A DNA stretch of 64,000 bases, taken from positions 147,478 to 211,477 of the forward strand of contig CAIUGM010000002.1 of assembly GCA_903898675.1 (NCBI GenBank), written 5' to 3'. Position numbers and translations under genes: made by a program. This document shows positions 27,887 through 38,415 of the stretch, one piece after another. The first letter of the stretch is position 1. Each line of letters begins with the position of its first letter. The DNA comes from an uncultured Verrucomicrobiota bacterium. Lineage in GTDB: Bacteria > Verrucomicrobiota > Verrucomicrobiia > Opitutales > Opitutaceae. Under the pieces are notes generated by a model that was not told the DNA's origin, did no database searches, and saw only the letters and a list, made by a program, of their open reading frames with translations.

Positions 27887-28481
27887 ACCCTTTCGCTGCG
27901 GCCTGGTCCTGCTCGCCGCCGGCGCCTCGACGCGGATGGGGCGGCCGAAGCAGTTGCTGCCGGTCGGTGGCCGCCCGCTGCTGCGGGTCGTGGCCGAGGC
28001 GGCGCTGGCGGCGCCGGTCGCACCGGTGATCGTAGTGCTCGGCGCGCACGCCGCCGAGATCGCGCCCTGCCTCGATGGACTTGCCGTCCGGGTCCTGGCG
28101 CATGACGGCTGGGCCGAGGGCATGGGTTCCTCCCTGCGCGCAGGCATGGCGGCGCTGTTGGCCGGCGGCGAAACCTTCGACGGGGTCGTCGTGGCGCTGG
28201 CGGACCAACCGGAACTTTCCGCGGCTCACCTCGCGCGTTTGGTCGCGACCCACCGGGAGACCGGGCGCTCCATCGTGGCGTCGCGGCGCGCCGGCGTGTG
28301 GCAACCACCCGCTTTTTTTGCCGCCGGACATTTCGCCGAGCTGCAGGCCTCGGCCGGCGACGCGGGCGCGCGCCGGCTCCTGCAGGCGCACCGGGCCGAC
28401 CTCATCGCGGTCGATTGGGCGGGCCAAGACCTCGATACGCCCGGCGACTACGAGAATTTCCAAGCCGGTGGCGGGTCGTGA
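27879..28481 (+). CDS. MocA/YgfJ-like molybdenum cofactor nucleotidyltransferase
   Basis: 'LLAAGASTRMGRPKQLL', 'GMGSSL', 'LADQP', 'DLDTPGDY'. Confidence 0.88.
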   Translation: MAEPFRCGLVLLAAGASTRMGRPKQLLPVGGRPLLRVVAEAALAAPVAPVIVVLGAHAAEIAPCLDGLAVRVLAHDGWAEGMGSSLRAGMAALLAGGETFDGVVVALADQPELSAAHLARLVATHRETGRSIVASRRAGVWQPPAFFAAGHFAELQASAGDAGARRLLQAHRADLIAVDWAGQDLDTPGDYENFQAGGGS

Positions 28482-28489
28482 AGGTGATA

Positions 28490-28519
28490 TTCACCGGTGA
28501 ATTTTCACCGGTGAACTAC
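28490..28519. repeat. tandem pair of the perfect palindrome TTCACCGGTGAA with a GTAG foot on the minus strand
   Basis: ttcaccggtgaa (28490-28501), tt, ttcaccggtgaa (28504-28515), ctac. Confidence 0.6.
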
Positions 28520-28592
28520 CGTTACGGGAAGTTCACACTCTCCATCGCATCGGCATTGACCGCGGCGCGCGCCGCGGGGTAATGCTAGCTCC

Positions 28593-29063
28593 ATGCCTCA
28601 CTATACCCTGAAAGTGAACGGGCAGGTCCGCGCGGTGGATGTCCCGGAGGACACGCCACTGCTCTGGGTGCTGCGGGATAACCTGCAACTGGTCGGTACG
28701 AAGTACGGCTGCGGCCAGGGGCTCTGCGGCGCCTGCACGGTCCACCTGGACGGCACGGCGATCCGCTCCTGCCAGCTGCCGGTCAACGCGGTGGGCAACA
28801 TGGCGGTCACCACGATCGAGGGGCTTTCGGCAACCGCGGCGCACCCGCTGCAGCACGCGTGGTGCGAGCACGACGTGCCGCAGTGCGGCTACTGCCAGGC
28901 GGGCCAGATCATGACGGCGGCCGCCCTCTTGAAAACCAATCCCCATCCGTCCGACGAGGATATCGACGGCACGATGGCCGGCAACCTGTGCCGCTGCGGC
29001 ACCTACCTGCGCATCCGCGCCGCGATCAAGGATGCGGCGGCGGCGCCCCAAGGAGCGAAATGA
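28593..29063 (+). CDS. (2Fe-2S) small subunit of IorAB-type molybdoenzyme
   Basis: '[10 protein letters not shown]...C' and 'QCGYC...CRC'. Confidence 0.92.
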   Translation: MPHYTLKVNGQVRAVDVPEDTPLLWVLRDNLQLVGTKYGCGQGLCGACTVHLDGTAIRSCQLPVNAVGNMAVTTIEGLSATAAHPLQHAWCEHDVPQCGYCQAGQIMTAAALLKTNPHPSDEDIDGTMAGNLCRCGTYLRIRAAIKDAAAAPQGAK

Positions 29064-31279
29064 ACACGCCCACTCTCAACCGTCGCGATTTCCTCCGCGT
29101 TTCCGCGCTCGCTGGCGGCGGCTTTGCCCTCGGTCTTTATCTGCGGTCGGGTCCCGCGGCGTTCGCCGAGTCGGCTGCAAGCGCCGGTTCGGGGGCTGCC
29201 GCCCCGTTCGCGCCGAACGCCTTCATCAAGATCGCGCCGGACGGCCTCGTCACGCTCATCGCCAAAAACCCGGAGGTCGGGCAGGGGGTGAAGACCTCGC
29301 TGCCGATGATCCTCGCCGAGGAGCTCGGCGCGGACTTTGCGAAGGTGCGCATCGAGACCGGCGAACTTGACCCGCGACTCGGGCCGCAGTTCGCCGGCGG
29401 CAGCCTGTCGACGCCGATGAATTACCAAACCCTGCGCAAGGCCGGTGCGACGGCGCGCACGATGCTGGTCCGCGCCGCCGCGGATACCTGGGGTGTGCCC
29501 GCGGCCGAGTGCGCGGCGGCGGCCAGCGTGGTCACCCATGTGCCGAGCGGTCGCCGGCTCACGTACGGCGAGCTCGCGGCCAAGGCGGCATTGTTGCCGG
29601 TGCCTGACGAGAATTTGCTCGTGCTCACCCGGCCCGGGGACAGCAAGCTCCTCGGTCGCCGCGTGGCCGGCGTGGACAACCCCGCGATCGTCTCCGGCCA
29701 GCCGCTCTTCGGTCTCGACCAGACGATGCCCGGCATGGCCCATGCGATCTACATCAAGTGCCCGGTCTTCGGCGGCAAGGCGAAGTCCGCCAATCTCGAG
29801 GCGATCAAGAAAATGCCCGGCGTGCAGGACGCATTCATTCTTAACGGCACGGACGACTACCACGGGTTGATGCCGGGCGTCGCCATCGTGGCGGATTCCA
29901 CCTGGGCGACGTTCAAGGCGCGCGCCGCGCTGAAGGTGGACTGGGACGAGGGCGCGGCGGCCGCGCACAGCACGGCCGCCTACAACGCCGCGGCAGCCGC
30001 GCTCGCGGCCAGCCCGGGCCAGGTGCGGCGGAACGACGGCGATACGGCGGCGGCGCTCGCCGCGGCAGCCAAGGTGGTCGAAGCGAATTATTCCTATCCA
30101 TATCTGCATCACTCGACCCTCGAGCCGATGAACGCCTGTGCGGCGCCGACGGCCGATGGCGGGATGGCCATCGTCGCGCCCACCCAGACGCCGGGTGACG
30201 CCCAGGAACTCGTGGCGAAGGTGCTCAACGTGCCCAAGGAGAAGGTCAGCGTCCGGTTCACCCGGATCGGCGGCGGCTTTGGCCGGCGGTTGTCCAACGA
30301 CTACGTCATTGAGGCGGCGGCCGTCGCGCAGCGCGCGGGCAAGCCCATCAAGCTCACCTCGACCCGCGAGGATGACATGGCGCACGGTCACTACCGGGCG
30401 ACCGGCTGGCATTTTCTCAAGGGTGGGGTCGACGCTGCGGGCAATCTCACCGCGTGGCAGAATCACTTTGTTGTGCCGGGGCTCAACAGCACGGAGAAAC
30501 CCGGGCGGTCGGCGGACATGGGCGACGCGGAGTTTCCGGGCCGGTTCGTCCCGAATTTCCGGCTCGAGCAATCCGTCCTCAGCACCAATGTGCCGACGAG
30601 CTGGATGCGCGCGCCCGGGAGCAACGCGCTGGCGTTTGTCTTCCAGAGTTTCCTCGACGAGCTCGCGCATGCGGCGGGCCGGGATCCACTCGCGTTCAAA
30701 CTGGCCGTGCTCGGCGACGACCGGAAGATCCCGGGCACCGGCCAGTGGGATCCGCCCTACAACACCGGCCGGATGAAGGGCGTCCTGAAGCTCGCGGCGG
30801 AAAAGGCGGGCTGGGGGAAGCCGCTGCCGCGCGGTTCCGGCATGGGGATCGCGTTTCATTTCAGCCACCAGGGCTACGTGGCGGAAGTGGTCGAGGTCCG
30901 CGTGGCGCGCGACGGCACGCTCACGGTGCCCCGCGTGGTCGCCGCGGTGGATGTCGGCCCGATCATCAACCTGAGTGGCGCCGAACAACAGGTGCAGGGC
31001 TCGGTCATCGACGGACTCAGCTGTGCCTGGCTGCAGGAGATCACGCTCGGACAGGGACGGGTCGCGCAATCGAACTTCAACGATTATCCCCTGATCCGGA
31101 TGAACGCGGTGCCGGTTGCGATCGAGGTCCACTTCATCGAGAGCGACAATCCCCCGACGGGTCTCGGCGAACCGGCGCTCCCGCCGCTGCCGCCGGCACT
31201 CTGCAACGCGATCTTCGCGGCGACGGGGCACCGGTTGCGGGAACTGCCCGTCACGAAGGCCAACCTCAGCTGGAGCTGA
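29060..31279 (+). CDS. IorB-type molybdopterin-binding oxidoreductase large subunit, Tat-exported
   Basis: Twin-arginine 'NRRDFL'; 'EVGQG', 'GGSLS', 'GGGFGRR', 'MRAPG', 'GLGEP'. Confidence 0.92.
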   Translation: MNTPTLNRRDFLRVSALAGGGFALGLYLRSGPAAFAESAASAGSGAAAPFAPNAFIKIAPDGLVTLIAKNPEVGQGVKTSLPMILAEELGADFAKVRIETGELDPRLGPQFAGGSLSTPMNYQTLRKAGATARTMLVRAAADTWGVPAAECAAAASVVTHVPSGRRLTYGELAAKAALLPVPDENLLVLTRPGDSKLLGRRVAGVDNPAIVSGQPLFGLDQTMPGMAHAIYIKCPVFGGKAKSANLEAIKKMPGVQDAFILNGTDDYHGLMPGVAIVADSTWATFKARAALKVDWDEGAAAAHSTAAYNAAAAALAASPGQVRRNDGDTAAALAAAAKVVEANYSYPYLHHSTLEPMNACAAPTADGGMAIVAPTQTPGDAQELVAKVLNVPKEKVSVRFTRIGGGFGRRLSNDYVIEAAAVAQRAGKPIKLTSTREDDMAHGHYRATGWHFLKGGVDAAGNLTAWQNHFVVPGLNSTEKPGRSADMGDAEFPGRFVPNFRLEQSVLSTNVPTSWMRAPGSNALAFVFQSFLDELAHAAGRDPLAFKLAVLGDDRKIPGTGQWDPPYNTGRMKGVLKLAAEKAGWGKPLPRGSGMGIAFHFSHQGYVAEVVEVRVARDGTLTVPRVVAAVDVGPIINLSGAEQQVQGSVIDGLSCAWLQEITLGQGRVAQSNFNDYPLIRMNAVPVAIEVHFIESDNPPTGLGEPALPPLPPALCNAIFAATGHRLRELPVTKANLSWS

Positions 31280-31288
31280 GCGGGAAAC

Positions 31289-31405
31289 GGTGGAGCGGGG
31301 CGTCCCGACCCGCCGGGCTGGGCGGGTGGAAGACAGTTTGCCGCCAACGATGGTTTCGCGGAGCGGCCGGCTCCGCCGCGGCGCACCGGGCCGGCGCGCC
31401 CTATC
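31289..31405. repeat. GC-rich REP-like hairpins between convergent iorB-like and eda genes
   Basis: gtgga-gcggg...cccgc, acccgcc/ggcgggt, and minus-strand gatag-ggcgcgccgg-c-ccggtgcgc. Confidence 0.35.
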
Positions 31406-31454
31406 GGAACCAAGTGGGGCAGCATGCGCGTCCGGAGGCCGCGCACCACCTTCA

Positions 31455-32090
31455 TCAGGCCTTTGCCGCCGCCGCCACGAACTCCCGGGCGCGGGCGGTG
31501 ATCGCGGGCCAGTCCTTGGCCTTGAGGGCCGCGGCGGAGACGAGCGCGCTGCCCGCGGCGGTCGCGAAGGCGCCGGCCTTGAGGAATTCCCCGACGGTCT
31601 CGGGGGTGACGCCGCCGGTGGGCAGGAATTCGAGCTGCGGAAACGGCGCCTTGAGCGACTTGATGTAGGCCGGACCGAAGAATTCGGCGGGGAAGATTTT
31701 GATGACGTCCGCCCCGAGCTCCCACGCGTTGTACGCCTCGGTGGGGGTGAGCGCGCCGGACAACACGGGCACGCCGGCGTCACGGCACGTGGCGATGACC
31801 GTTGGCCGCAGCGCCGGGGTGACAATGAATTTCGCCCCGGCCGCGATGCCGGCACGGGCGGTGTCGGCGTCGAGCACGGTACCCAACCCGAGCAATATTC
31901 CGGGCAGCTCACGCGCGACCTGGGCGCAGAGCTCGATCGCGCCGGGTGTGGTCATCGTCAGCTCGATGCAGGTGAGCCCGCCGGCCGAAAGCGCGCGGGC
32001 GCAATCGAGCAAGCTGGCGGACGAGTCGGCGCGGATGAGCGCGATGACCTTCTCGGACTTGATGCGGTGCAGGACGTCGGATTTGGGCAT
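31455..32090 (-). CDS. eda: KDPG/KHG aldolase
   Basis: 'IELTMTTP', 'GTVLD', 'FIVTP', 'GALTPTE', 'IKIFPA', 'LPTGGV'. Confidence 0.92.
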   Translation of the reverse strand: MPKSDVLHRIKSEKVIALIRADSSASLLDCARALSAGGLTCIELTMTTPGAIELCAQVARELPGILLGLGTVLDADTARAGIAAGAKFIVTPALRPTVIATCRDAGVPVLSGALTPTEAYNAWELGADVIKIFPAEFFGPAYIKSLKAPFPQLEFLPTGGVTPETVGEFLKAGAFATAAGSALVSAAALKAKDWPAITARAREFVAAAAKA

Positions 32091-32125
32091 GGGGCGGGGG
32101 AGGGAGATTCGATGGAGCCAGAGTT

Positions 32126-32947
32126 TCAGCGTGGCGCCGGATGGTGGCCGAGGAGACGGGACAATTCCGCGGCGGCGTCCTTCACGGCCGCGGCCATTTC
32201 GGGAATGCGGTCCTTGGTGAATCGTACGGTCGCGGCGGTGATGCCGAGCGCGGCGACCACGGTGCCGTCGGAGCCGTAGACCGGTGCGGCGAGGCAGCGG
32301 ACGCCGCTGAAGAATTCCTCGTCATCGAGGCTGCAGCCGGCTTTGCGGGTGCGGTCGCACTCCCGGCGGATTTCGGCCAGCGTGGTCTGGGTGCGGGGGG
32401 TGCGCTTGGTCGGCCGAACGCCGGCATAGAGCTCGGCGAGGCGGTCGGCGTGGACAAACGCGAGGAAGGTCTTGCCGGTGGCCGAGCAGTGGAGTTCAGC
32501 CAGAAAGCCGGGCGTCGAGGCGGCGCGCAGCGGATGCGGGCTTGGTTGCACCGCGACGATCAGCGCGCGGTCGTCGCACGGAATTGCCAGGTGGCTGGTC
32601 TCGACCGTCCGCGCGGTGAGTTTCTCGAGGACGGGGAGGGCGGCGGTGCGCAGCTCGATGCCGGCCAGCGAGGCATGGCCCAACTGGATCAGCACGGGCC
32701 CGAGACCGTGGAGCGCGCCCTGTTTCCGCACCAGGCCCTCGAGCGTCAGCGTGGTCATGATGCGGAGGGTGGTCGTGACCGGGAGGCCGAGCCGGCGGCC
32801 GATGTCCGCCGCCTTCAGCCCTTCCGGCTCGCCGCCGAGGAGCTTCAGGATCCGGCAGGCGTTGCGCAGGTTGGGAATCACATAACGCTCCCGACCGGGC
32901 GCGACGGCGGCGCGGACGGATGGCGGGGAAGTTTGGGCTTTGACCAC
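32126..32947 (-). CDS. IclR-family transcriptional regulator
   Basis: N-terminal HTH 'IPNLRNACRIL...', 'HCSATGK', 'GVRCLAAPV'; start uncertain (GTG 32947 chosen). Confidence 0.9.
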   Translation of the reverse strand: MVKAQTSPPSVRAAVAPGRERYVIPNLRNACRILKLLGGEPEGLKAADIGRRLGLPVTTTLRIMTTLTLEGLVRKQGALHGLGPVLIQLGHASLAGIELRTAALPVLEKLTARTVETSHLAIPCDDRALIVAVQPSPHPLRAASTPGFLAELHCSATGKTFLAFVHADRLAELYAGVRPTKRTPRTQTTLAEIRRECDRTRKAGCSLDDEEFFSGVRCLAAPVYGSDGTVVAALGITAATVRFTKDRIPEMAAAVKDAAAELSRLLGHHPAPR

Positions 32948-33024
32948 GGGAATGGGCGGGCGCCGGGGCACCCGCGGATTTTGGGATTGCCGGCAAACTG
33001 CCAATATTCTTATATGGATAGCAA

Positions 33025-33046
33025 GTTCATTAGTGAACATTAGTGA
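33025..33046. promoter_or_regulatory. putative IclR-type operator between the divergent regulator and kduI
   Basis: Near-perfect palindrome GTTCATTAGTGAAC (33025-33038) plus a second CATTAGTGA copy, in AT-rich intergenic DNA. Confidence 0.5.
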
Positions 33047-33066
33047 CCCCACCCCTGCCACCCGCC

Positions 33067-33897
33067 ATGGAACAGATCCCCGCCGCCGACGTCCGCACCT
33101 ACTCCCGCCTGAGCCCGGAGGAGCTGCGGCAGTCGTTCCTGGTCGGCGGACTTTTTGTCCCCGGTGCGCTGACGCTCAAGCATTGGGAAACGGACCGCAC
33201 GGTGGTCGGCGGCGCCGTGCCGACGTCCGCGCCCCTCACGCTGGCGGCGCCCCGCGAGCTGGCGGCCGCGAGCTTCTGCGAACGGCGGGAACTGGGCATC
33301 GTCAACACCGGCGGCGCGGGCTCCGTGGTGGTGGACGGCCAGTCCTTCGCGCTCGGCCGGCTCGACTGCCTGTATGTCGGCCGCGGCGCGAGCGAGGTCC
33401 GTTTCCTTTCGGCGAATGCCAGCCAGCCGGCGCAGTTCTACCTCCTGAGCTACCCGGCGCACACCGGTTACCCGACCACCTACGCGCCCTTCAGCGAAGC
33501 AAATGGGATCGCCCTCGGCGCGCCGGCCACGGCAAACGAGCGGGTCCTGCACAAGCTCATCCATCCCGCCGGCGTCAAGAGTTGCCAGCTGGTGCTGGGT
33601 TACACCCTGCTGCGGCCCGGCGCGGTCTGGAACACCATGCCGCCCCACACGCACTTGCGGCGGTCGGAGGTGTACCTCTATTTTGACATCCCGGCGGACG
33701 CGGCCGTGTTTCATTTCCTCGGCCAGCCGCGGGCGACGCGTCATCTGCTTGTGCACGACCGCGAGGTCGCGCTTTCGCCGCCGTGGTCGATCCACAGCGG
33801 GGTCGGGACGACGAACTACGCGTTCATCTGGGGCATGGGCGGCGAGAACCAGGAATTTGCCGACATGGACCTGCTGGCGGCGGCCGACCTGCGCTGA
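33067..33897 (+). CDS. kduI: 5-dehydro-4-deoxy-D-glucuronate isomerase
   Basis: 'ERRELGIVNTGG', 'NERVLHKLIH', 'WNTMPPHTHLRRSEVYLYF', 'SPPWSIHSG', 'MGGEN'. Confidence 0.95.
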   Translation: MEQIPAADVRTYSRLSPEELRQSFLVGGLFVPGALTLKHWETDRTVVGGAVPTSAPLTLAAPRELAAASFCERRELGIVNTGGAGSVVVDGQSFALGRLDCLYVGRGASEVRFLSANASQPAQFYLLSYPAHTGYPTTYAPFSEANGIALGAPATANERVLHKLIHPAGVKSCQLVLGYTLLRPGAVWNTMPPHTHLRRSEVYLYFDIPADAAVFHFLGQPRATRHLLVHDREVALSPPWSIHSGVGTTNYAFIWGMGGENQEFADMDLLAAADLR

Positions 33898-33904
33898 AAT
33901 AGCC

Positions 33905-34672
33905 ATGGCGTCCATCCTCGACAGTTTTCGCCTCGATGGGAAAGTGGCCATCGTGACGGGCGCATCCCGCGGCCTCGGTGCCGCGATGGCGGAGGCGCTC
34001 GCCGGGGCGGGCGCCGACGTCGTGCTGGTGGCGCGGGGCGACCTGACGAAGGTAGAGCAGGCGATCGCGGCGGCGGGCCGCCGGAGCGCGGTGGTCACCG
34101 CCGATGTCGGCGTACCCGCCGCGGCCCGGGAGATTGTCGCGGCGGCATACGGCGCGTTCGGGCGGGCAGATATCCTCGTGAACAACGCCGGCATCATCCG
34201 ACGCGCGCCCGTCCTGGAGCTTTCCGCAAAGGACTGGTCCGAGGTGCTGGATGTCAATCTCAGCGCCGCCTTCCGGCTCAGCCAGCGCTTCGCGCAGGAG
34301 TTGGTCGCGCACCGGTCGCCCGGCAAGATCATCAACATTGCCTCGATGCTTTCGTTCCAAGGCGGTGTGCGGGTGGCGTCCTATGCCGCGGCCAAAAGCG
34401 CGCTGGCCGGCGTGACGCGCGCGATGGCCAATGAACTCGCGGCGCACCGCATCAACGTCAACGCCCTCGCGCCCGGTTACATGGCGACGGACAACACCGC
34501 GGCGATCCGCGCCGACGCCGCGCGGAACCAGTCCATCCTTGAGCGCATCCCCGCCGGCCGCTGGGGCACGCCGGCGGACCTGCAGGGCGCCGCCGTCTTC
34601 CTCGCGTCCGCTGCGTCCGATTACATGCACGGCCACATTCTCGCCGTGGATGGCGGTTGGCTGGCGCGTTAA
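33905..34672 (+). CDS. kduD: 2-dehydro-3-deoxy-D-gluconate 5-dehydrogenase
   Basis: SDR with 'ASMLSFQGG', 'MANE', 'APGYMATDNT', 'RIPAGRWG', 'VDGGWLAR'; directly follows kduI. Confidence 0.92.
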   Translation: MASILDSFRLDGKVAIVTGASRGLGAAMAEALAGAGADVVLVARGDLTKVEQAIAAAGRRSAVVTADVGVPAAAREIVAAAYGAFGRADILVNNAGIIRRAPVLELSAKDWSEVLDVNLSAAFRLSQRFAQELVAHRSPGKIINIASMLSFQGGVRVASYAAAKSALAGVTRAMANELAAHRINVNALAPGYMATDNTAAIRADAARNQSILERIPAGRWGTPADLQGAAVFLASAASDYMHGHILAVDGGWLAR

Positions 34673-34686
34673 TCCTCCGACTCCCC

Positions 34687-35907
34687 ATGAACGCCCTCCA
34701 CCGGCTCGCCGTGCCATTTTTCTCTATCGCGATGATCCTCGCTGGTGGCGCTCGCGGCGCAATCGTGACCGTCACTCACGACCTGGCGGCCGCGCGTCCG
34801 GCCGAGACGATCGCGATCCCGTGGGCGGAAATCGTGCAGACGCTGCCGGGTGCGTTGCTGCAGCACCTGGAGGTGAAGGACGCCGCCGGGCGGGTCCTGC
34901 CGTATCAGGTAACCAACGTCGATCCCGGCGCCGGTGATCCATCGGGTGTCGGAGCGGCGTACGGCGAACTCCTGTTCCAGCACGATTTCGCCGCCGGCGA
35001 GCAATCGGCCGCATTTACCGTCGAGAAAATCGCGGCGGTCGCGCCGGTGTTTCCGACCAAGGTGTTTGCGCGGTACGTCCCGGAACGGCTCGACGACTTC
35101 GCGTGGGAAAACGACAGGATCGCGCACCGCACCTACGGGCCCGCGCTCGCCGCGCCCGCTCCGCCCGGCTCCCGCAAGGAGGTGCTCGTGACGAGCGGCG
35201 TCGACGTCTGGTGCAAGCGCGTGAGCTACCCGATCGTCGACCGCTGGTACAACAAGGGCGGCGATCACTACCACCACGACGAGGGCGAGGGCATGGACAT
35301 GTATGGCGTCCACACCTCGCGCGGCTGCGGCGGCACGGGCGTGTGGGTGGACGGAAAACTTTTCACCGGCCGAAATTACCAAACCTGGAAGGTCATTGCC
35401 AACGGCCCGATCCGGGCAATTTTTGAGCTGACCTACGAAGCGTGGGAGGCTGCCGGCCTGAAGGTGGCGGAGACAAAACGTTTCACGGTTGATGCCGGTC
35501 ACAACCTCGACGAGATCGAAAGCACCTTCACGGTTGTCGCCGGCATGTCGAAGGAAATCACGGTCGCAATCGGTCTGAACAAGACGCCCGCGGACAAGGG
35601 GCAGGAGCCGGTGCTCGAGCTGACGCCCACCGCCGCCGACGGCTCGCTGACGCAGTGGATCGCGCAGAAGACCAACGGCGCGCTCGGCACGGCGATCATT
35701 GTGCCGGCGGCGAGCCAGGGTTTTGCCGAGGACACGAGCAATCACCTCGTCCTCGCCCGGGTGGTTTCCGGTCAGCCGCTGCGCTATTTCGCCGGCGCCG
35801 GCTGGTCGAAGGCAGGCGAGTTCACGACGAAGGAAGCGTGGAACGCCTATGTCGCCGCCGAAGCCAGGCGGGTTCATTCTCCTCTGAAAATCACCCTTAC
35901 CCCATGA
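34687..35907 (+). CDS. DUF4861-family secreted protein (pectin-cluster associated)
   Basis: 'YVPERLDDFAWENDRIAHRTYGPAL', 'SGVDVWCK', 'SRGCGG'. Confidence 0.85.
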   Translation: MNALHRLAVPFFSIAMILAGGARGAIVTVTHDLAAARPAETIAIPWAEIVQTLPGALLQHLEVKDAAGRVLPYQVTNVDPGAGDPSGVGAAYGELLFQHDFAAGEQSAAFTVEKIAAVAPVFPTKVFARYVPERLDDFAWENDRIAHRTYGPALAAPAPPGSRKEVLVTSGVDVWCKRVSYPIVDRWYNKGGDHYHHDEGEGMDMYGVHTSRGCGGTGVWVDGKLFTGRNYQTWKVIANGPIRAIFELTYEAWEAAGLKVAETKRFTVDAGHNLDEIESTFTVVAGMSKEITVAIGLNKTPADKGQEPVLELTPTAADGSLTQWIAQKTNGALGTAIIVPAASQGFAEDTSNHLVLARVVSGQPLRYFAGAGWSKAGEFTTKEAWNAYVAAEARRVHSPLKITLTP

Positions 35908-36998
35908 TCATCCCTCGCTCTTGGTTGAGTTTCGCAATGTTGGCCGTGGTCCCGCTATCCGCCTCGACGCCGGATGAGGACAACGTGGTGCCGCTCATGG
36001 AGCGGGTGGCTGACTGGCAGCTCGCGCACCCGAAGGCGAAGGAGACGCCCGACGGCTGGGTCAACGGCGCGCTCTACACGGGCATCATGGCGCTGGCCCG
36101 GGATTCGGCCAGCCCGCGATTCCACAATGCCATGATGAAAATGGCCGACGCCAACCAGTGGCAGCTCGCTGCGCGGCCTTACCACGCCGACGACCACGTG
36201 GTGGGCCAGACGTACCTCGACCTTTACCTGCAACACCGCGAACCGCGCATGCTGGCGCCGACGCAGCAGCGCTGCGACTTCATCCTGGCGCACCCGAAGG
36301 ACGATAACCTCAATTTCGACGAGAAGCTGAATCCCGACCGGCTCGACCGCTGGTCGTGGTGCGATGCGCTGTTCATGGCGCCGCCGACCTGGGCGCGGCT
36401 GGCGAAGGCGACCGGCAACCCGGCCTACCTCGAGTTTGCCGTGCGGAACTGGTGGGTTACCTCGGAATACCTCTACGACAAGGAGGATCACCTGTACCGG
36501 CGGGACAGCTCGCTGTTTGGCAAGAACGAGCGGAACGGCCGCAGGATTTTCTGGAGCCGGGGCAACGGGTGGGTGATGGCCGGTCTCGTGCGTATGCTGG
36601 AATTGCTGCCGGCCGACCACCCGGCGCGAGCGCGGTTTGAGCAGCAATACCGCGAGATGGCCGTGGCCGTGCTGGCCTGTCAGCAGGAGGACGGCTTCTG
36701 GCGCTCGAGCCTGCTCGACCCGGCGAGCTACAAGATGCAGGAGACGAGCGGCACCGGATTTTACTGCTACGCGTTCGCCTGGGGCCTCAACCACGGGCTG
36801 CTGGACCGCGCCCGCTTCGAGCCCGCCGTGCGCCGGGCGTGGGCGGCGCTGGCGAGCTGTGTGACCGCGGAGGGGAAGCTCACCCACGTCCAGCCGATCG
36901 GCTTCACGCCGGTGACCTTTGATCCGGAGTCGACCGAGCCATTCGGCGTCGGCGCGTTCCTGCTCGCCGGCAGCGAAGTCCGGCGGCTCGGCCGTTAA
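35904..36998 (+). CDS. GH105/GH88 unsaturated uronyl hydrolase
   Basis: 'HADD', 'WCDALFMAPP', 'FWSRGNGW', 'ETSGT'. Confidence 0.9.
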   Translation: MIIPRSWLSFAMLAVVPLSASTPDEDNVVPLMERVADWQLAHPKAKETPDGWVNGALYTGIMALARDSASPRFHNAMMKMADANQWQLAARPYHADDHVVGQTYLDLYLQHREPRMLAPTQQRCDFILAHPKDDNLNFDEKLNPDRLDRWSWCDALFMAPPTWARLAKATGNPAYLEFAVRNWWVTSEYLYDKEDHLYRRDSSLFGKNERNGRRIFWSRGNGWVMAGLVRMLELLPADHPARARFEQQYREMAVAVLACQQEDGFWRSSLLDPASYKMQETSGTGFYCYAFAWGLNHGLLDRARFEPAVRRAWAALASCVTAEGKLTHVQPIGFTPVTFDPESTEPFGVGAFLLAGSEVRRLGR

Positions 36999-37084
36999 CA
37001 GTACAGCAGAATCCGCGCGCGCGGAGCTTGAGTCCGCGGGGAGCCGGGACAGTCTTCCCCATTCGGTCTCCCGCGCTTTACCCC

Positions 37085-38392
37085 ATGAGCCCGCCAGATT
37101 CCTCCGCCTCCGGCCGCAGCGGCTCGTACCGCTGGGTGGTCTGCGCCCTGCTCTTTTTCGCGACGACGATCAACTATATCGACCGGCAGATCCTGGCGCT
37201 GATCAAGCCGATCCTTGATGAGCAGCTGCATTGGACGAACGAACAGTTCGGCTACACCAACGCCTTCTTCCAGCTTTCGTATGCGGTCAGCCTGCTGTTT
37301 TTCGGGTGGTTCGTCGACCGGTTTGGCACGCGGATCGGCTACGCGGTGTCGATCGCGGCGTGGAGCCTGGCCGCGATCGGCCACGCGTTGGTGGGCAGCA
37401 TCGGGGGATTCTATGCGGCCCGCACCGCGCTCGGGCTGGGCGAGGGCGGCAATTTTCCCTCGGCGATCAAGGCGGTTGCGCTGTGGTTCCCGCGCAAGGA
37501 GCGCGCCCTGGCGACCGCCATTTTCAATGCCGGCACCAACGCTGGGGCGATCGTCGCCCCCTTGCTCGTCCCGGCCATCGCTCTGTCGCTCGGCTGGCAT
37601 TGGGCGTTCGTCTTTGCGGGCATCGCCGGCTTTCTCTGGCTGCTCCTCTGGCTGCCGTTCTACAACGTGCCGGAAAAAATCCGTTCGCTGCAGGCCGCGG
37701 AGCTCGCGCACATCCGCAGCGACCACGAGGACACCAGCCGCGACGGGGAGAAAATCTCGTGGCGCGGCCTGCTCGGGTACCGGCAGACGTGGTCCTTCGT
37801 CGTCGCCAAGGCGCTGACCGACCCGGTGTGGTGGTTTTTTCTCACGTGGCTGCCGGACTTCTTCAAGCAGACGCGTCACCTGGATATCAAGCAGAGCGGC
37901 TACATGCTCGCGACCATCTATGGGCTGGCCACGGTGCTCAGTGTCTTCGGTGGCTGGCTGGTGGGCTTTATGGTCAAGGCGGGCTGGTCGGTCACGCGTG
38001 CCCGCAAGACCGGCATGCTGATCTTCGCGTGCGGCGTGCTGCCAATCGTGTTCGTGAAGAACGTGGGCGACTGGCCGGCCGTGCTGCTGATCGGGCTGGC
38101 GTGCGCCGCGCACCAGGCGTGGTCGGCGAATCTCTTTTCGACTGCCTCCGACCTGTTCCCGAAGCGCGCCTTGGCGTCCGTGGTCGGTCTCGGCGGCATG
38201 GCCGGGTCAGGGCTCGGGTTCTGCTTCCCCATCCTTGCGGGTCAGCTGCTCGACCGGTTCAAGGCGCAGGACAACATCACCGGCGGCTACGCGGTGCTGT
38301 TTGCCGGCTGCGCCGGGGCCTACCTGCTGGCTTTTTTCCTGCAGCATTTGCTGGCACCGAAGTTTGAGATGGTGGAACTCCGGGCCGAGTGA
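37085..38392 (+). CDS. exuT: MFS hexuronate transporter (ExuT-like)
   Basis: 'TTINYIDRQ', 'GEGGNFP', '[12 protein letters not shown]', 'AHQAWSAN'. Confidence 0.85.
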   Translation: MSPPDSSASGRSGSYRWVVCALLFFATTINYIDRQILALIKPILDEQLHWTNEQFGYTNAFFQLSYAVSLLFFGWFVDRFGTRIGYAVSIAAWSLAAIGHALVGSIGGFYAARTALGLGEGGNFPSAIKAVALWFPRKERALATAIFNAGTNAGAIVAPLLVPAIALSLGWHWAFVFAGIAGFLWLLLWLPFYNVPEKIRSLQAAELAHIRSDHEDTSRDGEKISWRGLLGYRQTWSFVVAKALTDPVWWFFLTWLPDFFKQTRHLDIKQSGYMLATIYGLATVLSVFGGWLVGFMVKAGWSVTRARKTGMLIFACGVLPIVFVKNVGDWPAVLLIGLACAAHQAWSANLFSTASDLFPKRALASVVGLGGMAGSGLGFCFPILAGQLLDRFKAQDNITGGYAVLFAGCAGAYLLAFFLQHLLAPKFEMVELRAE

Positions 38393-38415
38393 TTATCACC
38401 CCTATGCCGTTATCC

